Shown: piece by piece, positions 13,085 to 27,203 of the stretch | Layout of the letters: every line of letters begins with the position of its first letter | How positions within the stretch are numbered: position 1 is the first letter of the stretch | Assembly (NCBI RefSeq): GCF_006345805.1 | Contig: NC_043022.1 | Span: 19,468,001-19,532,000, forward strand | Reading direction: 5' to 3' | Source of the DNA: Octopus sinensis | Taxonomy: Eukaryota | DNA length: 64,000 nt | The notes under the pieces: model-generated | What the model was told of the DNA's origin: nothing | Seen by the model: the letters and a program-made list of their open reading frames with translations, nothing else | Databases searched by the model: none | Made by a program: the position numbers and the translations under genes

Positions 13085-15008
13085 TTCAGTAGTTTTACTT
13101 TTATAGTGTGCTTTCACTTCACTACCGAGCGCAGCTCTGTGTGCCTTGGGTATATGCTGTGATTTGTTGTGATGCTCTGATGGTTATTGTATGGAAAGTG
13201 TTCTGCGTAGGATGTGTGCAGTGCCTAGTAGTGCAATTTTCTGTATGTTATATCTGTTTGTAAGTCCTGGTGTTTTTGTTATGTATTTGTCTGAATATTT
13301 TTTATCATGCCTAATACACCTACTATGATAGGAACTGTTTCTGTTTTTAGATTCCACATTCTGGTTACCTCTATTTCCAGGTCTTTGTATTTTGAAAGTT
13401 TCTCCACTTCTTTTAGAGACACGTTGTCATCTGCCGGTATTGATACATCAATTAGAAAGCATTTTTTCTTCTTCATGATCCCTGACAACTATATCTGGTC
13501 TGTTGGCCTTAATTTCTCTATCTTTGTGTATCGGCATATCCCAGAGTATGGTTGCTTTCTCGTTTTCTGTGACCTTTTCTGGTGTGTGCCTATACCATCT
13601 TTTTTCTGTTATAATTCCATAATGTTGGCATAGCTTCCAGTGTATGTAGGTTCCACCTCTGTCATGTCTGTGAATATATTCCTTCTTAGCCAGGACTGGG
13701 CAGCCAGAGATAATATGATTTATTGTTTCTTGTCCATCTCCACATATTCTGCAGTTACTAGTTATATTTCTTTTCATTACATGTTTTTGGTAATTTCTGG
13801 TGGGGAGGCTTTGGTCTTGTGCTGCAATTAAACATCCCTCTGTCTCTGCTTTGAGTACTGAGCTTCTCAACCATTGCTTGGATTTTTCTTTGTCTATTTC
13901 TTTTGCGTTTAGTTTAGTGCAGTATTTACCATGAAGGGGCTTTTCTTGCCACCGTTTTATCATGGTTCGTTGCTGTTCTATTTTTAGTTTGGATTTCATT
14001 TGTTTTATAGCATTTGTTACTTCTTCATCTTCTTCTTCTTTTTCATATTTATTAGGTGGTATGATTTCTTGTTTGTATTTGTCAGCTTCCTTAAATACTG
14101 AGAACAGTTTTTTGTTTTGCTCGTGTTTTGCCGCTATTTGTATCAGTTTTCCTTCCTTCTGAAGTAGATATTTTTGCAGTCCCATGGTGGTTATATTATA
14201 GTAGTTTTCCAGCTGTATAAGGCCTCTACCACCTTCTATACGTTGTATATATAGTCTTTCTATGTCAGATTTTGGGTGATGCATCCTAGATCCTGTCATT
14301 ATTTTTCTTGTTTTCCTATCTATTTTGGTCAGTTCATTTAGTGTCCAGTTGAGGATATTGTAGTTGTAACTTATAACTGGGACAGCAAAAGTGTTAATAC
14401 CTATTATCTTGTTTTTAGCATTGGGCTCTGTTTTTAGTATTGATCTAACTCGTCTATAATATTCTTTTTTTATTTTCTCTTTCATTTGTGTGTGTTGTGT
14501 CTTATCTAGTTCATGGATTCCTAAATATTTGTAAGTTTGGCTTTGGTCTAATTCTTTTATTTCATTGGTTTTATCTAGTGTGATGCTGCTACTCTAAACT
14601 AGTTTTCCTCTTTTCAGGGTTACTTTGGCGCATTTTTCTAATCCAAATTTCATATCTATTTCTTTGGTAAATCCATGAACTGTCTTTAATAGTGTTTCCA
14701 GCTGTTTGTCATTTGCAGGGTATAGTTTTAGGTCATCCATATATAAAAGGTGGCTGATCGTTTTGCCGTAACATTTATATCCGCATCCAGTTCTATTTAG
14801 CAAATCAGATAGAGGTGACAGTGCCAAGCAGAAAAGGAATGGAGAGAGCGTGTCTCCCTGGAATATTCCTCTTCTAATGGGGATGGCTTTGGTTTTCATG
14901 AGTCCCTCTTTTGTTTGGAGCTGTAGCACTGTTTGCCATTTATTCATAGAGTGCCCTATGAATTTTATAATTGTTGGTGCTACTTTGTTAATGTCTAGTG
15001 TTTCGAGC
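13085..15008 (-). mobile_element. R4/Dong-like non-LTR retrotransposon, 5'-truncated
   Basis: RT (GIFQGD.LSP, HLLYMDDLKL), CCHC knuckle (CRIC..ETINHIISGC), RHD, and RLE (RPDIVV, IDVSIP, KLSKYKDL); within (ATT)n arrays. Confidence 0.9.
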
Positions 15009-15034
15009 CATTATTATTATTGTTATTATTATTA

Positions 15035-15079
<45 letters not shown>

Positions 15080-15083
15080 GTTA

Positions 15084-15114
<31 letters not shown>

Positions 15115-15142
15115 ATTATTATTATTATTATTATTATTGTTA

Positions 15143-15174
<32 letters not shown>

Positions 15175-15197
15175 TATTATCATTATTATTATTATTA

Positions 15198-15234
<37 letters not shown>

Positions 15235-15445
15235 TATTATTGTTATTATTATTATTAGAAGAAGAAGAAGAAGAAGAAGAAGAAGGAGGAGGAGGATGAG
15301 AAGAAGAAGAAGAAGAAGAAGAAGAAGAAGAAGAAGAAGAAGAAGAAGAAGAACTTCATAACATATTTTCTTTTTCCTGTGTCATTTCTTTTTCTTGCAA
15401 ACGTGCATGTATACACAAATGCATTAAAATACACACCTACATACA

Positions 15446-15526
<81 letters not shown>

Positions 15527-16126
15527 GTGTGTGTGTAAACTTCAGAGTATAGAATTATACTGCGCATACGTACGTACGTACTTAAACATGTACATATGCA
15601 TACATGCATGCATGGATCCATACACTTAACATATTAAAATGTTCTCCAAAATTATAATAGCTATCATGAGCAGATTTATTGGAAATTACCTAAATAGTAG
15701 AGCGAGATGTAATGCAGTGACTGGAATATTTTGTTCTCGTCAAGACAGAATTTTGAGTTACGGGAATTAATTTCTCTGAACGTTGCGTCAGTATATGTAG
15801 CTCTCTCTCTGCATGTCAAATTAAATGTGTTTCTACGAATGAGGATGTAATATAAAAGTAAGAAAATGAGAAGGAGTCGGTGGTGGTAAGTCTGTTGCTT
15901 GTTTCTTGTTGTTGTCATGCATTGGTTTGGCTTTCACTTAGGGTCGCGCCTAACAGTGTTTGTGCTGTTATTGTGTTCGTGTCGGTATTAGAGCGGCGTG
16001 TATGACATAGTCTGCACAAGGAGCGGTGTTTTTGCGCAGTATATTTCTGTATTCTGCAGTTTACACATACAACACTCACACACACTCACTCAGATTGATA
16101 GATAGACAGATAGATAGATAGGTTGG

Positions 16127-16205
<79 letters not shown>

Positions 16206-16292
16206 GTTGGTAGATAGATAGATAGTTAGATAGATAGATAGATAGATATGTAGGTGTGTGTTCTAGTACATTTGTGTGTGTGCGTGTGTGTG

Positions 16293-16330
<38 letters not shown>

Positions 16331-16429
16331 CTTGCATGCTTGCAAGAAAAGGAGATGACACAGGAAAAAGAAAGCATTTGGTATGAACTTTATAACCTTA
16401 CAACCATTTCTACTGTACGCTGAAGAGAA

Positions 16430-16770
16430 TGAAAACAGACAAACTCTTGAAATTCAAAAGACTATTGAACAGCGTCAACCCAAATATACAGTTCAAAATG
16501 GAATACAACCAAAAGGAGCTACCATTTTGGATATACTAATTTAAAAAATAAACCTAAAAATAGAAACAGGCATATTTTACAAAACCACAGACGCCAAACA
16601 ATATCTGTTTAATCCATGCCACCCAAGACACACCAAAACAAACATCCCCTTCAACCTTGCAAAAAGTATATGCACAATAGTGTCAGAAAAAATGCCAGAT
16701 ACTTTTGACTGTAAGAACTCAAAAACACCCTGATTGACAGACACTACTCAATTCAACACATAGAGGATGG
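16430..16770 (+). mobile_element. Penelope RT C-terminal fragment
   Basis: FKMEYNQKELPFxDI..YKTTDAKQYL..CHPRHTKTNIPFNLAKSICTI pattern; frameshifted. Confidence 0.65.
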
Positions 16771-16779
16771 AATCGGACG

Positions 16780-17220
16780 TGTAACACAAATCGTTTTTGG
16801 TCACTGTTTTTGAACACCTGTAAAAAATTGGAAAAGTAAAAAATAAAACGGATAGGTTTGTTCCACATCAACTGAACGAGATTAAATTGATTGTATGCAT
16901 GAGAATTTGAAAAAGAAGCAACCCAGACTAGTGAATAGAGATGCTCCACGACAATGCCTGTCCCCACCCTTCCTAGGCTACGGTCCAAAAGTTGCAAAAC
17001 CTGAATTATGAGATTTTGCAACATCGTATTTCTCTGATAGCCCTGCTACTGATCATTACTTATTTGAGCATTTTGAGCTTTTAATAAGCATAGAGAAACG
17101 TTGGGTAAACGTCATAAATGAACATGGATCATAGTTTGATCAAATAAATCAGTTGTCTAACACTTCTGAAACATTTTATTGTTACCTTTCAAATACATTT
17201 CATGTGAATCAACCTAATAT
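16780..17220 (+). mobile_element. mariner transposase 3' remnant
   Basis: ctccacgacaatgcctgtccccac translates LHDNACPH; ends in a ...caacctaata TIR-like end. Confidence 0.55.
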
Positions 17221-17387
17221 ATGTATATATGAAACAACCTAATATATATATATATATTATTTGTTTATTGTTCTTTTACTTAGGGGCACACTTAATAGTG
17301 GTGGTGCTGTTTCTGCGTAGTATATTTCTATATTATGTAGGGTGTACATATATACATGTGTGTGTATGCGTGTTTGTGTGTTTGTGT

Positions 17388-17449
<62 letters not shown>

Positions 17450-17859
17450 TGTGTGTGTGTGTAAAAAGAAACAATAACATGAAAAATAATGCTTATGCTA
17501 TGAACTTCATGCAGCTAAGACCTGTTTCTGCTATAACATGCAGTGGACTCTAGGCATTAAAATAAGAGTCCACTATATCTCATGGCACAAGCATTTATAA
17601 GCTAATGATCTTCATAATAACCCTTGATTTTCCTGTCATCTCTTTTGCTTATTACCGCTCTATACGTAACACTTGTTCTGGAACATATGTATATTGAATT
17701 CTATAACAGGTTATTATCTATGCAATATATATACGTGAAAAGAAGTTTGTTTCAAAATGTTTTTTTCCGAATTCTAGAAACACTGCTTTGCTTTTATGGT
17801 TACATGCTATGTTCACTTTGGAGTATGTATTAATTACGTTTTCTCTGGATGCGATAATT

Positions 17860-19200
17860 TCCAGAGTTTCCTCTAGACATAAACTGCATACCCGTGAAAT
17901 TCCGTCATATGGTAGATAATTTTTTTATGATAGATCAGTGAGTGGTAAACTCCTCTCCATTCTTTTTAAGCCTCCAGGCGATGTTTGAGAATTGATGCGG
18001 AGTGTTTATATTGTTTATGCTTGGAGGACAATGTAAGATGGTTACGCAGATGATTTCCATGGTATTTCCGGTGCCACCGATGTGCGCGTATTTCTGCGTA
18101 CCTGCGTTCACATTTGTAAACCACATTTTTTTATCATGCAGTTGTTGCTAAAACTGCATTCATCTTTAGTTCTGAAGTTACATGTATTATTATTTCTTCC
18201 GTTCTCGCAGCGGTGTTACTACTGGTGGTTACCCTTCCTATTCGTCCTGTAATCCTGATTGGACTGTCAATTGCGTGGTCTTGTTCTAACCCGTTTTTGC
18301 TATTCGAGAGCCTTTATTTCTCTTATTTGCAAATATTCAATCTTCGTACATTGTGCTATTAGCTGCAGCTGCTCCATATTTTCACTCGAGTTTTATTGTT
18401 TAGTTTTGTAATATCTAGTTTGTGTATGTGGTATTCTTGATTGGAAAAGGTCTCGTATGCTAATTTTATATTAATAATTGGAAGATCTTGAGTGCTTTTC
18501 TAATGTTGCGAAAAATTCCTAAACTATTTTGGATTTAATTTGAGAATTGAAAATTGTGTTAAACTAAATAATTTCAACATTTATTTTCCATTTCTTTTAA
18601 TATACCTATTGGGTTTGTTTGTGAATTTTGTTTCCCTGCTTCTATTGTTTTGTTATCATTATTTCTCTCGGCGTTTAACGGTGCCCTTCTTTCTAACTTT
18701 GGCTGCTCTTTCGTGAGTTTTGTTTTATATCTATCCTTCTTAGTGTTATGGTCCTTCTTTTGCCTTTTGACCCCTATTATATTTACTGTTTTTCTAGATT
18801 CTGGTACACTGTGGTTATTTATATTATTATCTCTATTATTGATAACGTTCTCTGGGTATCGTGCTTCCTTTGTCTTATTCTGTATGTATACTATTCTATC
18901 CTTATATTCCACCCTAGCTAATGCTGAGTTGTAATATATCCGGCGTTCATATAGAATATCTGTTCATCCGGGGATATTCTGCTTCTTGAGGTGATTCACA
19001 GTATATGTTCCGGGTAGTTGAATCCTCATCTAACATATTTTAAATTCTCAGCTTATGGAGTTGTTTGAAATTTCCATCTTTAAGTCTAAGCTTAATGTTA
19101 AGGAATTTTACCACTCTATAATTTTTTTCTATTTCAATTTCCAATCCAAGGTTCTTAAAGAAATTTTTAAAAAAACATTTTTTTGGTTCTTTCTATTTCT
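17860..19200 (-). mobile_element. Degenerate Penelope-like element (GIY-YIG remnant)
   Basis: NCMIKNVVYKC..HIGGTG..NH..WRLKK pattern across frameshifts at about 17930-18150. Confidence 0.55.
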
Positions 19201-19539
19201 TCTTTGCTACATTTTGCATTGTGAACAATGCGTCGTTTCTATATAATTCCCCCAGCCTATGCTTGGTGACAGGGAAGGTTGATTCTCGACAAAACTGAAA
19301 GGAATGAATCTGTTGTTTCTACGAATGCGGATATAATATAAGAGTAAGAGGGTGGTGGAAAGTCTGTTGTTTGTTTCTTGTTGTTTGCCTTGACATGAAT
19401 TGATTTTGCTTTTACTTAGAGACACACCTAGTAGTGTCGTGTTGTTATTGTTTGTACGGTAGCACCAGGGCGGCGTGTATGTCATAGTTTGCACTAGAAA
19501 TAGTGTTTTTGCGCAGAGTATATATAGTTTTACCTCGGG

Positions 19540-22370
19540 GTTGGGAAGGGTAGTTTTAAGGTGCATCCCATGGCCATGCATGGTGGGGTGGGGGTGTATC
19601 CTGACGGTATACAAACATTTTGAATTAAAACGTTCAGCAGCTGCTATAGATTGTTTGCAGAGCAATTTAATACATTGATTGATGGAACAGAAGAAATTCC
19701 AGGAGGATTGACCAAAGAACGGACAGTGTCGTGCTTGAAGGATGTATCGACAGGAAATTCTGTCGACAATTTCTTCCTTCCTTTATTTCTTGAAGTTGCT
19801 GTCAGGCGGGATTGCAGAAGAAATGTAGAAATTTCTTGATGATAGTGACATTTTACCAATGGTACAAAGAGGTTGTTGGAGGAGATGCAGAGGTACCAAA
19901 GACCAATTATTGATAGACAAAATGCCAGATTGTAAACGGAGTACAAATTCTGGAATAACCTAAATTGATTACCACATGATTATGACATGATTCCACGTCC
20001 GTGATCATTGAGTGCTTATATATGTTTGGAATTGCAAGGTACGTAACGTTTTCCGAAAAGAACTATGGATAGTGGAAATCTGAATTGACATCGTACAGGC
20101 AAAGCTTGGGCATCTTCAGTACCAGGAGAGATTTTTCCAAGTAAATAACGTTTCTCTGTTGCTTTTTGTATGTTAGTGCTGAGGAAAATGAACCTGGAAT
20201 ATCAGTTAAAGTGAAGGTCTCAAACAGTCAACCACCTCCTCTTCATGGATTATTTGAAACTGAATGGCTTGGATGAGGCACAAGTGAGTTCTTTGGTAAA
20301 CACAGTTCACTTTTTTAATACTGCTATTAAAATGAAATTCGGACACGAGAAGTGTGTAATAATAAAACTGAAAAGTGTCAAGCTACACGCTCTGACAGGG
20401 ATAGAATTACCTAACAGAGAAGTGATTAAGCAAATTGTTAAGGAAGACTATAGATACCTTGTCATGCTAGAGTCAAACTAAATCATAGAAAAGAAAATGA
20501 AAGAACAGCTAAGGAAAGAATATTTTAGAAGGCTAAGGTTGGAGTTGCGCTCAGAATTGATTGGATGGTATAAAAGCCAAACAGTGAATACATGGGCGAT
20601 AGCATAGCTTCGGTATGGAACTTGAATCATAAACTGGCAAATATAAGAATTGATGTGTATGGATACGAATACACGAAAACTGTTGGCAACGCACGGAGCA
20701 TTGCATCCAAGAGTGACGCTGATAGGTTATACTTGCATACTTGTCCAGAAGAAAGGATTGGAGAAGTTTGATTAGTTATCGTGATTGTGTCGAAGCAACA
20801 GAAAACAGATTAGGTTGTATATAATAAAATGCCATGAAACCATTGCTAGAACATGTGAAGAAGTCCAGTATCATCAAAATTGATAACTGTGCTTAGAAAG
20901 AAAAATTCAAAGAGGAAAAGGACACAAAAAACGAAATGGTATGGAAAGAGAAATAATGTACTGCCATTTTGCATGACGAGGCAGATAGAGAAGGCTGGTG
21001 GTTATGAATGCGGAGGTGTGACCTGAACACAGAAACAAGAACAAGTATTAAGGACAAACTATGTGAAGTGCAAAAATGATAACACAACTGAGAGCGACAA
21101 ATGCAGACCGTGTGGTGTGAGAGGTGAAGCAGTATAGCACGTTGTTAGTGGATGCCCGACATTGGCACAACGTAGTTACAAAAGATGACATAACAACGTT
21201 GCAGGAATGATCCATTGGGAGCTCTGTGGAAATTATGGCCAAGAAACATCAGAGAGGTAGTATGATCAAACCTTAGAAGGAGTTTCTGAGAATGATTGCA
21301 AACTCCTGTGGGATGCAATAATGCGGTGTAATCATCAGGTTAAATGTCGTAAATCTGACATTGGTTGGACACAGGTTGTGGAAAAATGGAGGAAGTGGAC
21401 GTAATAACAATAGTGATTGGTGCGCTTATAATATCAGCACTCAACTACCAATGTGGCTCAAAAAGATTGGTACAAATGTAGAGAGAGAACACTTACAAAA
21501 CTCATCATTGCTTGTAATAGCAAGAGCTCTTCAAGAGCTCTTGAAGCATTATCGGTAATTGTCATTTTAATCTGATAGCTGTGGGGTGTGGGACACTCAG
21601 TTAGATACACCAAGTACTTAAGTGGTACTTATTTAATCAAAAAGACGAAGAAAGTCACACAGAAATTGACCCAACAGAACTACATGATCTAAAATATCAA
21701 ATCATGATTGAATGGCTGAAAATTAAGGAAACCAGTGCGAATGAACTTCGCATTTCTAACCAAAACCTGAAAGTAATTTGTGAAATCCGCCTTGCACTTA
21801 AGGATATAATTTCAACTAATGATGTTGATATTACACATTTCAACCACCTGTACTTTGCATCCGAGAAAATCTCAGCGATTCTATGTGGTGAAAAGATTAG
21901 AAAACGACAACATTCCCACAAAAGCCTACTTGGCAAGAGCGTATTCAATACCAGATTCAGCTAAATAGGTCTGACATAGAATGTTTAGAAACCCTTACGT
22001 TTGACAAAACTATCAAACCAACAAAAATCCGAAAATTAAAGAAAACATATAATATTAAAACTATACTTGACATCAATACCGCCATAGAAACTATCAATCA
22101 AAAGGGATGTGCTAAGGTATGAAAAGCGCATTAGATACTTCAAGGACAACAACATACTCAAAACTAGCACCAAACAATGTGCAGAAGCTACCTTTATCAA
22201 GGGAAAATTAACAGAAACATCCGATGTTAATCTTCACTAGCAGAATGTCATAAAGGAGTTAGAACCAGCGGAGAGCTCCAATACCTAAGGGTATTTGAAG
22301 GGGACGGAATCAAACATTCAGTGATGAGGAAAGAATCAGAAGTTGTAGCATCTGTCAGGCGGCTCCGTCC
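19540..22370 (+). mobile_element. Old R4/Dong-like LINE fragments
   Basis: HLLFMDYLKL, MKFGHEKC, YRYLVMLE and other remnants collinear with the 13085-15008 element; many stops. Confidence 0.65.
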
Positions 22371-22379
22371 TGGGCAAGT

Positions 22380-23435
22380 CGTTTTCTCGGCAAGTCGCTT
22401 TCTTCAAGGAATGCGATTAAATTCTTTCTGACTATTCATTCTGACTTTGCTGGCGTGTGAGGTTAAAGAGATAGGCCTATAATTTTGGTATTTGCTATGC
22501 GTCCTCCTCTATCGACTGGGCATAATATTCCCTCCTTCAGTTTGCTTGGCATCGTGTCATTTGCAAGGAAAGTCTGGATGAGAATCTCTAGTCGTTTTGC
22601 CAGGGCAAGTTTGCACGGTTTGAGGAGGGTTGCTTGAAAACCATCGGATCCAGCAGCTGAGTTTGCGTCCACCTCACATATGGCTAGTATTACATCTTCC
22701 CTAATATCGATGTATCCATGGTAACTACCTCGCCGGTTATAGGTGAGGCGGCAAAGATATCTGTTGGCTCGTTCACTTATCTACGTTCAAACGGGGTAAA
22801 GACACTTTTGAACTGGTCATTCAATACTTCATTGGTCCTTATTGGATTGCCTGTGAGGAAGCCGTCCTTCTGGAAGAGGGTTCCTATTTTGCAAAGCACT
22901 GAGGCTGTTCCTTTGGTATAATGAAAGAAAGCCTTTGGTTTTGACTTGATGCTTTTTATAACACAGGCTTCTTTGTCTGAACTCTCTTCTTCACATAAAA
23001 TTGTTGTAGGCTTTTTTCAATATCCATCAGTGTTGTTTTTAGGCGGGAGCTTTCACTACTTTTGGGATGTTGGTTGAAGTGATTTGCAATCTTCGTCCCT
23101 CGTCTCATGACGATCTACTTCTCCCTTACAATCTCGTTTTCTTTTTTGTTGGCCTTGAGCTCTGGGACATATTCGTAGTATATAGCTTGCATAACAGACA
23201 CGATATACTCTAGTTTCATGCTGATATCAGGTGTGGAGAGACATTTCGGCCAGTCCTGTCTGAGGATCTAAGTTTGGATCGATATCTAGTCTGCTTTGTG
23301 AAAATTCAGACAGAAGAGAATTTGGGTGCTTCCTTTAGGCTGTATATCTGTATATACATTTGACCCATACATACACAGCTCTATTATGTTGTGATCCGAA
23401 ACTAATGTCAGCGTCACGTTCACATGATGAACGAT
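22380..23435 (-). mobile_element. CR1/L2-like LINE ORF2 fragment
   Basis: SAAGSDGF.A.LLK.CK..LAK.L..L.Q.FL....P..LK.GI..PV pre-RT pattern. Confidence 0.6.
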
Positions 23436-23456
23436 GTCAATATTATATATATATAT

Positions 23457-23526
<70 letters not shown>

Positions 23527-23551
23527 CATATACATATACATATATATATAT

Positions 23552-23619
<68 letters not shown>

Positions 23620-23841
23620 ATGTGTGTGTGTGTGTCTAATGTAGGATAAAGGTTTTTTCGAAAAACATGTTATCAATGGCCAGTATATTAAAAAATACCT
23701 TTAAAGGTTAAATTATAAACAACTTATAAATAAGGGCAAACGAAAACATCTCTAATGCCAAATATGCCGAAAATTGGACATAATGTCCATTTACCATATA
23801 ATTTTTTTAGGTCGACAGAAATCTCTAAAAAATTCCATTAT

Positions 23842-23900
23842 TACCATATCGGAACGATTTCAGGGTTAGTTCAAAAAGAACCCTCCCTTCGTCAGTGATA
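23842..23900 (-). ncRNA. Type I hammerhead ribozyme (family D)
   Basis: tatca-CTGACGA-aggg...ccct-GAAA-tcgttccga-TA-tggta. Stem I 5 bp with one G.U pair; AUA triplet. Confidence 0.72.
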
Positions 23901-24068
23901 CATGTGGCAAAGAAGTAAATGCGATACTTACTCATGGAAGAAGCAAACACTAAGTCATGAGCACAACTAAGTACCCCCAAAAATCCAAAATAGAAATAAT
24001 CGGTCCGATATGGTAATAATGGAATTTTTTAGAGATTTCTGTCAACGTTTTTCGAGTAGTGTGCGTAC

Positions 24069-24688
24069 AGTGATTGCATCATCCACACTCTCAACAGTGC
24101 GCCTTTAAATATGGTTTCTGATTATAAATATCTTGGGTCATACATATCATCATCTGGAAAAGACTTTCTAACTAGAAAGGGTATGGCCTGGTCAGCCTGT
24201 AATGACATGCATAAGATCTGGTCATCAAATCTCAGTAGAGACTTCAAACTTGAAATATTCAAAGCCACAGTCCAACCAATTCTACTATATGGCTCAGAAA
24301 CCTGGACGTTATCAAAGAAGCTTCAGAGGCGGTTGGATGGAACCTACACTCGCCTCCTTATGAGAGCTCAAAATCTCTCGTGGAAGCGCCATCCAACCAA
24401 AATGCAAATATATGGGAAATTACCACCTGTGTCATCTCTTGTGAAAGGTAGGAGAGTCCAGTTTACTGGACATTGTTGTAGAGCCGAAAAAGAAGTAATT
24501 TCTACTCTTCTCCTCTGGAAGCCATCTACTCGCAATGCCAGAGGGCGCACACTCTCCTACCCTGATGTAATCTCCAGGGATACAGGCATCTAGCAACAGG
24601 ACCTCCGTAATGCTATGATGGACCGTGAAGTCTGGTGTAACATAGTAAATTCCATTGTCTCGACCACGGTCGATCAATGATGATGATG
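24069..24688 (+). mobile_element. RTE-like LINE 3' end with 11-bp TSD
   Basis: ORF 24111-24593 (YKYLGS, LLYGSETW); (GAT)n tail; agtgtgcgtac at 24058-24068 and 24689-24699. Confidence 0.88.
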
Positions 24689-24789
24689 AGTGTGCGTACT
24701 GGGAAAAAAATTATATGGTAAATGGACATTATGTCCAATTTTCGGCATATTTGGCATTAGAAATTTTTCGTTTGCCCTTATTTATAAGT

Positions 24790-24841
<52 letters not shown>

Positions 24842-24842
<1 letters not shown>

Positions 24843-26492
24843 TAGCAGATTTACCCGGCGTTGCCCGTGTTACATGCATTTGAAGAATTAGATTTTTCTA
24901 TTATATTTTCTGTAATGACCTGGAATACCTATGTTTCGAATTTCATCAAAATTGCAGATGAGGGTTATTTCCCTCTTTACATACCCTAAAATATTGTATC
25001 ATGCCACAAGTATCCCATACTACTAATTTTTATGCGCATATTCCAAAATTCCAGTCTTATTGAACCTGTTAAAAGATTTTGCTCCTGAAAAATGGAGGTC
25101 ATGGAGCTCTAAAATGTGAGAGTTAAGGCCCCTATTGGGGGTGGGTGTCTTAATGTCACCCAGAGAAGTTGAATTGTTGAGAATCTTTTTAACTTGGGTC
25201 TTTTATCTATTGTTTGAATTTCTTTGAAATAGAAAATATATGTTCACTGGGTTTGTAAAGGAGAGCAAGGCTACAGGAAACGAAAAGACGAATGATCACA
25301 ATAAGCAGTCAACTACCCTAGCCTAGTCATTGCTACTCCCAATGTAGTATTCCTCACCATCCAGGTGACAGGCATAGCCATAAGATGCATTACGAATTTA
25401 TAGCAATTGGGAGGGCGCGACCCAACTGAAATAAACATTAACAAATGTGTGACGTGAGGGCTAAGGAGAAATGAAAGCTGGAGTTTGCAAATTACCACTA
25501 TTTACAATTTATAAATGTCTTTGAATAACCAGTCACTCAACTGGGAAGGCCTTGAAATCAATGTTACCATCTGGGGACTATGTGTGACCCAGTGAAAATA
25601 AAAAGAGTGAAAGGAGGTCTGCAATCAAATAACTTTAGTGAACACTTTGCAACTGAATCGATGGAAGCAAAGATGCCTCTCATTTACTTGACAATTTATG
25701 CACCACATTGCAGAAATCACAATGTAATTGTATCTCAAAGCAAACTGTTACACTGTTGTACCATTGAATTACAAATAATGCTCATCTTTTATGCTCGGGT
25801 GACCGTACAGCTTCTAAGAGTACAACTGTATTCGTCTTTGCTAAGATAAAATGACAAAATTGTGGGTGTTACGTCACTATAAAGAGATCTTTCTAACTTG
25901 TAAGAAGATGAAATTTTATAAATATTACTTCATTTGTATTTGATATCTATGGTTAAAATTTCATCAACAGCAAAAATATATGAATTGTCATGGGGGTTAT
26001 GGCCCTTATGCATAGAATATAATTTCCAAATTTCGCAAAGATTCATTCAGCACTTTTGACCTAGTTTTGGACCATAAAAGAAATTACTAAAATTTGGGGG
26101 TTAAGGCCCCCATGAGGGTATCTTAGAATCCTCTTGTTAAGTGGAAACTTTGAGAATGCTTCTTGATGTGTGCCAATTACCCATGCCTGAAATTTCATCA
26201 ACATCGAAAATTTATGAATTTTCATGGGGGCGGGGTTCTGCCCCCTTTAAGCCATCTGAATTCAAACCAAACATATTGCATTATACCCGCCCTTATGCAT
26301 TGAATCTAAGTTTCAAATATCACAAGGATCCATTCAGTAATTTTGGTCCATGAAATTGTATGGAACAAACAGTATTACCCTTCTCCCTAGGCTTGGATTT
26401 TGCGTTCCAAATTTCATTATGATCGGTGCAGCAGTTTTCGAATGAATAAGTAACACACGAATACATAAAGACATTGACTTTGATATAATAGA
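24842..26492 (-). mobile_element. Non-autonomous Helitron-like element
   Basis: Minus strand starts A|TC and ends with a GC-rich imperfect hairpin (cgggcaacgccggg) followed by CTAG|T. Confidence 0.55.
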
Positions 26493-26789
26493 TACGAATG
26501 TGCACATATACATTCATATATATATATACATGTGTGTGTGCGTGTGTGTGTGTGTATAGGTAAACAAAAATATGAGACAGAGCCTAGTGCTTTTTATGTT
26601 GATAAGTCTGGTACTTATTCTATTAGTTTCTTCTTGTGAAACCAGTAAGTTATGGGGATGTAAATAAACGAACAGCAGTTATGAAGCAGTGATGAGGACG
26701 AAACACAGAAACAAAGTCACATACACTTACATATATACATACATATATATATGATTGATTTCTTTACGTTTCTGTCAACGAAATCCATA

Positions 26790-27203
26790 TATTCTCTTTT
26801 ACTCTTTTCTCTTTTACTTGTTTCAGTCATTTGACTGCGGCCATGCTGGAGCACCGCCTTTAATCGAGCAACTCGACCCCGGGACTTATTCTTTATAAGC
26901 CCAGTACTTATTCTATCGGTCTCTTTTTTGCCGAACCGCTAAGTGACGGGGACGTAAACACACCAGCATCGGTTGTCAAGCAATGCTAGGGGAACAAACA
27001 CAGACACACAAACAAACACATATATATATATACATATATACGACAGGCTTCTTTCAGTTTCCGTCTACCAAATCCACTCACAAGGCATTGGTCGGCCCGG
27101 GGCTATAGCAGAAGACACTTGCCCAAGATGCCACGCAGTGGGACTGAACCCGGAACCATGTGGTTGGTTAGCAAGCTACATACCACACAGCCACTCCTGC
27201 GCC
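26790..27203 (-). mobile_element. tRNA-derived SINE (family 1)
   Basis: 5' end with Pol III box-like tggctgtgtgg and ggttcagtcc; near-identical copy at 62977-63387. Confidence 0.8.
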
